DNA of 64,000 nucleotides from Vermamoeba vermiformis (Eukaryota): NCBI GenBank assembly GCA_045837725.1, contig JBEWZL010000083.1, positions 62,001 to 126,000 of the forward strand, read 5' to 3'. Shown piece by piece: positions 52,464 to 64,000 of this stretch (position 1 is its first letter; each line of letters starts with the position of its first letter). The notes under the pieces were generated by a model. It saw only the letters and a program-made list of their open reading frames with translations, ran no database searches and was not told where the DNA came from. The position numbers and the translations under genes were made by a program.

Positions 52464-52592
52464 GTCCGAGGCAAATTCACAAAAAAAATGCCCTCCGTTT
52501 CGCCGTTACAAAGTATAAATATTTGACGATATTGTACTATCAGTTCAATTACCAACAACAATACAAGTCAACCTTATCTAATACTTAACGCT

Positions 52593-53583
52593 ATGGCAAC
52601 CATCTTTGTATTCGGCGCAACTGGAACCGTTGGATCGCACGTCGCGAAACAACTCGCGGACAAAGGCATCCATTTCAAAGCTGGTGTGCGCGATGCTGCT
52701 AAGGGCGAAGAGCTTAAGAAGAAGTACGGAGATAAAGTCGAACCCGTCATCGTCAATCTCTACGACCAAAATTCGTTGGATGCGGCTTTGAAGGGGATCG
52801 AGAAGGTCTTCTTGGCGACTCCTCCTGGTAAATTCTCGTTGAAATTTCGCACAATGTCATGTTATACTAACGTCTATACCATAGGACAAACCATTGTGCC
52901 GTGCCAGAATGTCGGTCAGGCAGCTAAGAGTAAGTCAAATGCTGCAGTCGACCATAACATTATTGAACTGTTTTGTAATGACCTGTTGTTCAGAGAACGG
53001 CGTGAAGCACATTGTGAAGTTGTCCGCGCTGGGCGCTGAAAATCCAGACAAGTTCTGGTGGGCCGGCGAACACACGAAGACAGAGGCAGCCTTGAAAGAG
53101 TTAGGCCTCGCATTGACTTCTATTCGCCCGTCAGGATTCTACTCGAACTTCATCAATATGAGTGCACCGACGATCAAACAACAAAAGAAAATCTTCCAAG
53201 CCATGGCTGATGCCAGAGCGAACTTCATCTACAACGGCGACATTGCTGCTGCTTCAGTAGTGGCTTTGACGACCCCTGGACACGAGAATAAGGACTACTA
53301 TATTACCGGTCCCGATACTCTCAGCTATCCTCAAGTCGCGGATCTGTTCAGCCAAGTGCTCGGTGAAAAAATTGAATACGTGCCAATAGATGACGCCACT
53401 CTCCGTGAAAATGCAAAGAAAAGATTTCCTAATCAGGAAGCTGTCGAAGGCTACTCGAACATGTGGCAATACTTCCGCGACGGCTATTATGACGTGCACT
53501 ACAGGGACTTGGAGAGCTTGACCGGATCTAAAGGCAAGCCACTCAAGGACTGGATTCAAGAGAACGTCGCTGCATTCAAATAG
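52593..53583 (+). CDS. NmrA-like atypical SDR oxidoreductase
   Basis: IFVFGATGTVG, ALKGIEKVFL, GVKHIVKLS, SIRPSGFYSN, DIAAASVVAL, YYITGPDTLSY; two introns. Confidence 0.92.
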
Positions 53584-53643
53584 GCGATAGGACTGCTGAC
53601 TGTATTTGAAAAGCAAATTTAGTAATAAAAATACAGGTCCGTC

Positions 53644-54905
53644 CTATTGTTTGAACGGATTCTCTTTCAAAAATTGCGGTGTTTGTAGATTGACCACTGG
53701 TGTCGCGGGTGTTTGAAGAACAGCCATCACGGGTGTCTACATTATAATAATAATATTAATCATTATATTATTATAAGTGCAGGTGTTTTACTGTACCTTT
53801 TCCATGGCAACCTCAACGGTCAATTTTTTCTTCGCTGGAACGGCAGGAGTGACTCCCATAACAAAATCTTCAAATAGGTGTCAGTGCTAGTATATTATAT
53901 TATTAGGTGAATACGATTGTACCTTCTAGCATTTTATCGATGACTGGTGAAGTTTCGACTTCCAACACGGAGTTCGGCAGCACGGCGTGTGAGTTCAATA
54001 ACAAGGCGACAATATCTTCGTGTTGATACGCGACTGCAAAGTGACTGTAGCGCGGTGTTAATAGGCTGATAATGGACGGTGAGACTGCAGTGACTTACAG
54101 TGGCAAGTAGTGCTCTTTGGTCAATGCGTTGACATTTGCTTTGTGGTCAATAAGGTACTTAACGATGTCTAGTGAGCCTGATTGAGCTCCATAGTGCATG
54201 GCTATAATATGACAGTGTTATGAGCTCGCCAAACTGAGCACTAAGTACGAGATGGAGGTACCTGACTGGCCTTCGGAATTCGACTTGTTTACGTTTGCAC
54301 CTCGATCCTATTAATCACATTATAAGTATAATGATATTTATAGAAATATTTTTAGCAAATTAGATCATTAAATGTTTCGGTAACTTACCACGAGTAACTT
54401 GACCAGGTCGAAATTGTTTGTATTGATGGCGTAATGTAATGCTGTTATGGAATTAGAAGCCGTGTTTAATATACTATTAATGTACCTGTTTGACCGCCAG
54501 AATTCTCAACGTCAATTTGAGCGCCAGCATCCAACAATAAAGTAACGATTTCAGTTCGGCCTGTCAAAAAATCAGAAAAATATCGCTTATATTGGATAAA
54601 ATACCTTCTTGAACGGCGAAATGAAGAGGTGTTTTCCCTTTTTTATCTGGTGCGTCTAATAATTGTTTGTTTTTTTGGCAGATGTGCTCAATAAGCAACT
54701 TAACGACTTCAATATGTCCCTCTATACATGCGTAGTGTAAAGCAGTTCCTACACTAGGGAATTAATGCCTAAATTCCATTTGTAACTGACAAAACTTACG
54801 CTTGTCAACTGCATCTCGCTCAATTAGCGAGTAATTAGCTTCTAATAGCTTTTTTACATTATCTATATTTCCAGATTTGCATGTTTCAATTAATTGTAGA
54901 CTCAT
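53644..54905 (-). CDS. Ankyrin-repeat protein
   Basis: Spliced repeats TALHYACIEGHIEVVKCL, GKTPLHFAVQEGRTEIVTLLLDAGA, ALHYAINTNNFDLVKLL, AMHYGAQSGSLDIVKYLIDHKA. Confidence 0.9.
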
Positions 54906-54973
54906 TGCGTCTTCTTTACTCTCGTTCAAAAAATACAAGTAAATACAAGGATCCTTTAGTAGAACTAAGCCAG

Positions 54974-55237
54974 CTATTGTGATAAATTGCTTAGGGCATT
55001 AAACTTATTTTTCGAGCTTGTCGTATCACTGCTGGTATCTGATTTAACATTTTCTTTGACGTTTCGTGCTTCATCTGACGCTTGCGGCCGCTGATCAGCA
55101 CCGTGATTTACAAGCTTTGGAGGTTCATATTCACCGAAGTGTTCTTTACCACTAAATTCCATATACACTGAAATAGACAATCGTCAGATCTGCTCTAAAC
55201 TAATCGTAGAGGTTGCTTAAAACTTACTTTCGGACAT
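54974..55237 (-). CDS. SGK-motif micro-protein, copy D
   Basis: atg tcc gaa a|gtaagt..cag|tg gives MSEMYMEFSGKEHFGEYEPPKLVNHG...NALSNLSQ. Confidence 0.75.
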
Positions 55238-55473
55238 GCCGGGCAAGTATTTCGACAAGGTTAATATGAATATGGTTGATTATACGACGCACTTAATGTG
55301 GTGTGTTTGGCTTGAAATAACTTTATTTTAAAAGAGTTTCAAACGGTCCCGTGTCCCTGATTGAAACATTGACGTAGTAATTATTTTAATTATGTTTGAA
55401 GCATCTATCGTACTAGTGTAGTGTCCATACTACTGCGGCAGATCAATGAAGTTACGCTCGGAGCAGATCTGGA

Positions 55474-56310
55474 TTAGGCAGTAGGTCGGAGTCCATTTCT
55501 CTTGACTACAAAGAGATAGTATGAACTGTCTGGAGAACGACTGATGTTATATTCTTGTTTTCTCGGAAATTCATAGCGCTCAAAAGTCCAGCCAAAGCGA
55601 CGGAAATAGTACTCGCGATCTTCTTTTGGAGTGATTACGAGGAAGAGTCCATTTGGCTTCATAACGCGATTGACCTCAAAGAATATCTTCATGAGGTCCA
55701 TCGTACCATCGCTCGATAATATGCTGTCAATTAGACCTGTGCATGAGATGTCAGTACAATTTCCGATGGATCTGATCAAAAAAAGATTCAGAAAATAACA
55801 AGAGATTCGGTACCTTTATCAAAAACGATGTCGAAAGACTCCGCTGGGGTACGTTAATGCGGTCACGTCTCCTTCCTCATACACCACATCCGGTTCAGAA
55901 TGATTTTTCTTCATGTAGTCGATTACCAAAGGACTAAAAATAGGTTATTAGCATTCGGATGCAATTATAATATACCATTATATTACCTAAAATCCATATT
56001 TACCACTCTTTTGGCGAAATTATCTTTTTTAAGCTGATTACCAAGCACGGAGCTTCCGCACCCTGCATCTAGTTAGCAAGCAGCTAATCATTATTAAAAA
56101 AAACTCTATATATCTCACCGATATGTAGAAGCGCATCCACGGGTCGGTTTGTAATGACCTTTTCGAGGATAGGCTTGAATGCTTCGTAAGTGTCATACCA
56201 CTCGATCACCTTTCAAAAATTAGATAAAATTCTTTGTACAATGTCTATATATTACCTACTTCTTTTCTAGACTTGTAATAATATTCCCAAAATTCTTTGT
56301 CGAAGCTCAT
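55474..56310 (-). CDS. Class I SAM-dependent methyltransferase, EEF1AKMT4/METTL13-N-like
   Basis: FWEYYY..IEWY, motif I LLHIGCGSS, VNMDFS, SFDIVFDKGLIDSI, EVNRVMKPNGLFLVIT; +1 frameshift in a G-run at 55846-55849. Confidence 0.88.
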
Positions 56311-56579
56311 GATTAATTTTTGTTTGCTGGATCAGAGCAATCTGTGTACTTATTATAAGCGATGTTGTAATAATACTATCCGTGACAAAAATTCTTTAAA
56401 AGGGCGTGGCTGTTGGTTTCATCAGGATTTTCAGCGAAGTATTCAAAAAAATTTGCACTAGCCGTTTTATTTGTCGATCTCAACAACATCACCACAACTA
56501 AGCGTCCAACAAACGGCGTCATATAATCGCTTAATACCAATTCGTTACTTTATTATCGGACTTGCTATTATTTGCGGTC

Positions 56580-56987
56580 ATGATAGGGATTGGATCAGCG
56601 ATAAATCAAAACTCACCTCCACAAAATGTAAAAAAAAGAAGAATATCAGAATATAGTATTGCGGATGATATAGACGTATCTCCAAACATGAAAAAATTCA
56701 AAGCAATTGATCCACCCGCAGCTTTCGATCGACGATCGACGAAGCGAAAAAGAACAGAAGAAGGTGACAGTGAATTACCACGAAAACGTACAAAATACCA
56801 CGCAAGCGGAGTATTTAAACGTCCAAGAAGCCCGTCACTGCAACGAGAAGAACCTCCAGGGAAGAAAATAAAAATTATGCACGAAGACACGGAGGATCCA
56901 GCTTACAATGACTTCAATTACTGGAAGACTCCTTTACTTGATATCGAAGATGTCATTCGAGAACTCAATACTGATATGAAATACTAA
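56580..56987 (+). CDS. Small basic, NLS-rich protein with C-terminal YNDFNYWKTPLLDI motif
   Basis: Single-exon ORF with several KKRR/KRKR/RKR clusters; the C-terminal motif resembles the WRNPLPNID-type motif. Confidence 0.7.
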   Translation: MIGIGSAINQNSPPQNVKKRRISEYSIADDIDVSPNMKKFKAIDPPAAFDRRSTKRKRTEEGDSELPRKRTKYHASGVFKRPRSPSLQREEPPGKKIKIMHEDTEDPAYNDFNYWKTPLLDIEDVIRELNTDMKY

Positions 56988-57184
56988 AGAAGGTCAATCA
57001 AGATCCATTTCAAAAAAGTAGATTCATGTTTCAGTCTGTAAATAAACTGTTCAATAGCATTACTCGTATTTAAAATAATAAATTTCGCATTTATTTACTT
57101 AAAACATGTCAGGAAACACAAACAAAATCGTTCCGTGACAGATGCAGCTATCGATCGAGAGCTGAACACTTCAAGTTGCTTTTA

Positions 57185-58926
<1,742 letters not shown>

Positions 58927-59106
58927 GATGTATATGCGTTGTATGTTATATAGAACTAATTGCAAGATGATTTGACGCCGTCGACCCGTCCAGAAACGAC
59001 GACCAGGCACAAGAATTTTGACCGTCAAAAATTGGAAAATTTGACTGCCAAAAGTTCGATAATTGCCGGTACAAATTATTTTATTTATTACTTGAATACG
59101 GCAACC

Positions 59107-60259
59107 ATGTATAAAGTCTTATTTTGTGTATTATTGTTGTATATAACTTCCGCTTCAGCGGCGATCCAAGCCAACGAAACCGCATTGTATTACCAGGACT
59201 ACAACACCAACCCTTTAAAAGTTGGTGACCAGGCCGTCATTTACCTCTATATTGCGGACACTACGGATTTGGATAATGCAAAGAAAGCTATTTTCTTCCC
59301 CAGAGTCGATAAGTTTTCACGCCTCGAAATTATGAACAGTAAGCGCATCCACTCACAACCCAACGGAAAATTTAGAACTCCTATTTTCTCAATAGTCTAT
59401 ATTACTTGCGTAATTAGTAGTTGTATTTTTGCGGAGTACAAATTTTGATACTTTACTCTGCTAGGTTTTATCGATTTCTCAACCTTGAAGGGCAAAAACA
59501 TCACTAGCAACACAAATTCCACGGCCACACCAAGTGCTACTCCAAGTGCTGCTCCTACTGCCAGCAACACCACTCAGACTCCTACTACTAGCTTTACGCC
59601 CTCGGGAAATCTCGTGTACCGCGCCACGAGCAACACGACTTATGTCTGGTTACAGTTCGGCAACAAAGATTTGAACATCAGCACCGTGCCCAAGCGTTAC
59701 GTGCGCGGAGAATTCATCTTGGCTTCATTCTCCGCTATCGTTCAACTCACCGCTGGTGTACGTCCTAATATGCGACAAACAATTTCACACGACTAACGAC
59801 GTACCAGGTACCTACTGCAATTGTTTGGGACGATGGCTGCAACGAGTGCAACAGTAGCATTGGTGATAGGGACCAGTGTTTGGACAACTCTTGTGGCATC
59901 ACGTTGTTGGAGTGTCTCACTTGCAGCACGTGCACCAATCAGACGTGCAACATCAAGGTACGTACAAGTACCTCAGTACTGACAAATCACGGCCAAGACT
60001 CACGAATGCTGTTCAGGTGTATCTGGGCTGGATTGGCACTGACGGCACTAGATCGTCGAGCGGACAAGCAACAGGCAGGCCATTAACGAGTGCGGGCAAC
60101 ATGCCGTCAAACTTCTCCAAGTTCGCGTTGACACCTGCCTTCAGAAGCGCTGCAGGTACTGTCAAGGATCAGCTGACAGAAATAGGCAACGAGTCCGATG
60201 CCAACTACGACCCTCGCTTCGATCCGAGTGTCAACACGCCTAAATACACGATTGGTTAG
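59107..60259 (+). CDS. Secreted cysteine-cluster glycoprotein of unknown function; tandem copy 1 of 2
   Basis: Signal peptide; 4 exons; P/S/T-rich insert; WDDGCNEC...C...C motif; VYLGWIGTDG..PLTSAG; ends NTPKYTIG. Confidence 0.85.
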
Positions 60260-60706
60260 TGGATTTGCAAAGTGCCCGGCAAGTCATATATTTTATTTGT
60301 GAATATTCTATCAAATATTGATCACATAAATCAAATATATATTATCAAACGCTTAAAAATTTGTTGCAACAGGGCGAAAGCGGATTTGCTAATTTTAAAA
60401 AATTGAAACGCTCAATAATGGTTGCATTTACTTATTTTTTTTGCCCAAATATTTCTTTTTGGATGAATAATTATTTTCCGTTACGTACTTGGCGTTTACA
60501 TACCGGATCTAGATCGGAGGTAAAAATTGTCCTGGTACTGCTTAATTTAGATACGCAGTGCCCTGTTTCCGATTATATTCATTGAAAGCAATATCATGTT
60601 TGCTACTCCGCTCGTTTTGGTAGTCAAAATGTCAATTTTTCCCCGTTCAAATTCCACCCCAGATGGCGGTTATTTTTTAACTTTCTCAATTGAAACAAGC
60701 ACAACA

Positions 60707-62037
60707 ATGCTCAAGATCATCGTGGCAACTTTATTGTTGCTTTGTATTCACCGTGCTTCTGCGGCACCCATTCAAGCCAACGAATCAGCGTTGTATTATG
60801 ACACGGAAACTTATTACTCGATCCATCCGGACACGGGCGCAAGGGGACAAGCGGTGCTCTACGTCTATATTGCAGACGTAAATAACCTTGCTCACGCTAA
60901 GAAGGCCGTTTTCTTCCCTCACGTCGACCAATTTAGCCGCTTGGAAATTAAAGATAGTAAGTCAAAAAAATTAGCGACATTTTGAAGCATTTAAATTAAA
61001 CTATTCACACTAATATTATGTGTGACTATTGTAGTATTTATTACTATATTTTTGAATTCAAATTGCTCAAGTAATGTATTGAATCTCGGTTAATTTTTTT
61101 CGTTTTCAAATAATTATGTATTTTCTCCATCTTTCGCGTTCTTTTACGATATAAAATGCTTAAATATATCGCACATGCACATATACTAATATTACATAGG
61201 TTTCCTTAACTTTACAAACCTCGTTGCACGTAATGGCACCAACTCGACGGAAACAACCACCCAAACAGTAGTTGCTCGCTCAAACAACAACAGCACTTAT
61301 GTCTGGCTCCAATTTGGCAATCGAGATCTGAATATGACAACAGTGCCCAAGCGTTACACGTACAACGAGTTCATTACTGCGTCTTTTTCAGCTGTCATTC
61401 AATTAACGCGAGGTGTAAGTCTGATTATAATTGCTGGCACGTACATTCATAGCAACGCCATATTATGGTGCCACTGAGCACTTTTCAAATTATTTTCTGC
61501 GAGTTTTTGGCGGTCAGCGTGCACTCATCTCGGATTTGCTCCGCTTGTGTTTATCAAGGTCCTAATAATGTATTTTAGATCCCTACTGGCATTTCTTGGG
61601 ATGATGGATGCAACGAGTGTAATAGCAGCGTTGACTCAGGTGCATATTGCTTGGATAATTCTTGCGCGATCCGAATCTTGGAGTGTTTCATTTGCGACGC
61701 GTGCACCAATCAGACGTGCAACATTAAGGTACTTTATCTTAAAGAAATCATAATTTGAATCATTGCCGTTTAAAAACGGCTCACACACATAATTTTTGAC
61801 AATTTTAACTAATTTGAGCAGCTTTACCTCGGTTGGATCGGCACTGATGGTGTAGGAAGACCATTGACTAGTGCTGGTAGCTTGCCGTCCAACTTCGCCA
61901 AGTTCTCTTTGACTCCTGTGTTCAGAAACGCTGCCGGAACACTCAAGGATCAGCTCACATCCGCTACAAATACAAACGAGAACTACGATCCTCGCTTCGA
62001 TCCGAATAGCAACACTCCTAAATACACTATTGGATAA
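60707..62037 (+). CDS. Secreted cysteine-cluster glycoprotein of unknown function; tandem copy 2 of 2
   Basis: Paralogue of 59107-60259 with the same three intron positions and the same C-terminus YDPRFDP..NTPKYTIG. Confidence 0.85.
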
Positions 62038-62512
62038 TACAGGCAAGTCCTACCTATATAAGGACCATTTCTTATTTAATTTATTCGAATCTGCAATTTA
62101 GATCTTTGCTCAAAGTACTTTTCTTGTGTAAATAAAGAGCAAAGCTTATTATGATCTTACGAATCGATACGAAACTAGACGAACCAAGCCAAATATCGTT
62201 TGATTTTGACTATCAATTTCAAAATTTTTCTCGCGGCAAATACACGCGCCAGTACAAATAGCAATAAATATCAGCACATGATAGGACTTTTCGATAAGAT
62301 ATCACGCGTAGAAGGATAAACGCGTGCTCTTTTATCGCTCATCACGAGTGCGACTATAATGTAGAGAAAATTTGTTGAAATTTTGGATCGCATTCGTGAC
62401 GCAATCGCGCTACGAAAAAAATATTTATAGCGCCTAAGAAACACTCTTTATTCAATCCAAAACCAAATACTAAACCACATCACCCGAATAATAGTCAAAA
62501 ACTCAATAAACA

Positions 62513-64000
62513 ATGGAATCTAAGCCCACCCAAGGTCTCGGTCAAACCGGTCTCACTGGCCAAAAGCCTCTTTTGAACCAACAACAAGGTCTGATGGGTC
62601 AGCAACAACAAGGCTTGCTTGGTCAACAACAAGGTCTGATGGGTCAACAACAACCAGGCTTGATCGGCCAGCAACAAGGTCTTGGTCAACAACAAGGTCT
62701 GATTGGTCAACAACAACCAGGCATGATCGGCCAGCAAGGTTTGATGGGTCAACAACAGCCTCTTCGTCTCCGGTCAATCGCAATTACCCGTCGGATTGGG
62801 CCCTCACCAACAATTAATCGGCGGTCAAGGCTTGCCCACCACTCACCACTTGCCTGCTGCGCAATTCCAGACTCAGCCCATCGTTACCATCGAAAATCCC
62901 GCACCCGTGGTCAATGTCCGCGCACCTCAAGCTGTCGTCAATGTTGCAAATCCCGCACCTATCGTTCACACTGAAGGCTTGCAAAAAGAGGTTAGTGCAA
63001 TACAATGCTTAATTCAATAATGCATACTATTTCGAGATTGATATGTGCGCAAAGACAAGCGCTCTTCTACAAAAATAGTGATTCATCGTTTGAAATTTCA
63101 GCAAAAACTTGACTTGTTTTGGCTATTTTTCGACTCATTCAAATGACATGCAATTACTAATGGTCGTACTATTATTACAGATCAACGTTGTTGCTCCTCC
63201 CTCACAAGTCAACATTGCCAATCCCGCACCGTTCGTCAATGTTCAAGCACAAAAAGACGTCAGTGTCATCGCTCCGCCCTCGCGCGTCAACATCGCGAAC
63301 CCTGCTCCCCTTGTCAATGTCGAGAGACAGAAGGACGTCAGCGTCATTGCCCCTGCTGCTCACGTGAACATTGCCAACCCCGCTCCTTTCGTCAGTGTCG
63401 AGAAACAGAAGGACGTCAATGTCGTCACTCCTGCTCCGCACATCAACGTGGCCAACCCTGCTCCGCTCGTTAATGTTGCAGCACCCAAGGCTGTCGATGT
63501 AGTTACGCCTGCTCCTCACATCAATGTTGCTAACCCCGCTCCCCTCGTGAACGTTGAGAGGCAGAAGGACGTCAATGTCGTCACTCCCGCACCTCTCATT
63601 AACGTCGCCAACCCTGCCCCTCTTGTCAACCTCGAGAAGCAAAAGGACGTCAACGTCATCACCCCTGCTACTCACATCAATGTTGCTAACCCCGCTCCCC
63701 TCGTCAATGTTGAGAGACAAAAGGACGTTAGTGTCATTGCCCCTGCTTCACGCATCAATGTCGCCAATCCTGCTCCTCTCGTCAACGTCAGCAAGACTCA
63801 AGACGTCAATGTCGTTGCTCCTCCTTCCCTCGTTAACGTGTCAAACCCTGCTCCTCTCGTCAGCGTTGAAAAGCAAAAGGACGTCAGCGTGCTCAACCCC
63901 GCTCCTCACGTCAACGTTGCCAGCGCTGCTCCTCACGTTAACATTCAAAACCAACCTACCACTGGCTTGTTGACTCAACAACAGACTACAACGACCACTC
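62513..64000 (+). CDS. Repetitive structural protein: GLxGQQQ repeats followed by 26-aa V/P/N-rich repeats; runs off the window end
   Basis: Exon 1 62513-62990 (frameshift near 62765), intron 62991-63180, exon 2 open to 64000 with unit DVNVVTPAPHINVANPAPLVNVEKQK and synonymous variation between units. Confidence 0.85.
63181..63940 (+). repeat. Coding tandem repeat, 78-nt period, about 9 units
   Basis: Recurrent aaggacgtc...aaccctgctcc(c/t)ctcgtcaa blocks. Confidence 0.9.

Noticed and set aside
63202-63720. 172-aa minus-strand ORF
   Set aside because: Antisense shadow of the repeat protein; the plus frame has the splice acceptor and continues exon 1.
63181-63940. CRISPR-like array
   Set aside because: The repeat is an open reading frame with a 78-nt period and synonymous variation, has no unique spacers and no cas genes, and the context is eukaryotic.

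Overview
Gene-dense, intron-rich eukaryotic nuclear DNA with short AT-rich GT-AG introns. It is most likely a free-living amoebozoan; this is an inference from the Entamoeba-type transmembrane kinase, hybrid His kinase, PA-7TM protein and LRR-phosphatase. By hand-splicing I can reconstruct about 36 protein genes and one tRNA-Cys. Housekeeping genes: MOB, RRP41, Gemin2, NC2-beta, CDK1, PRMT1, an EEF1AKMT4-like methyltransferase and two SDRs. Signalling and surface genes: PAS hybrid histidine kinase, EGF proteins, receptor kinase, LRR-DSP and an F-box protein, plus several tandem duplicates. The most notable items are: (1) a family of 4-5 micro-protein genes invisible as single ORFs, sharing an N-terminal motif M-Y-x-x-x-S-G-K-x-x-F-x-x-Y-x-P-P and an intron that splits that Met codon; (2) an intron-containing secreted SH3b + M15 (VanY-like) peptidoglycan peptidase of bacterial type, head-to-head with a triplicated secreted-protein array; (3) a SPRY-DCN1 fusion; (4) a strongly diverged V-ATPase B paralogue; (5) two pre-miRNA-like hairpins; (6) an articulin-like 26-aa repeat protein. 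Many genes carry single-base frameshifts that look like assembly errors, so pseudogene calls are unsafe. All gene models are manual and unverified by transcripts or database searches.
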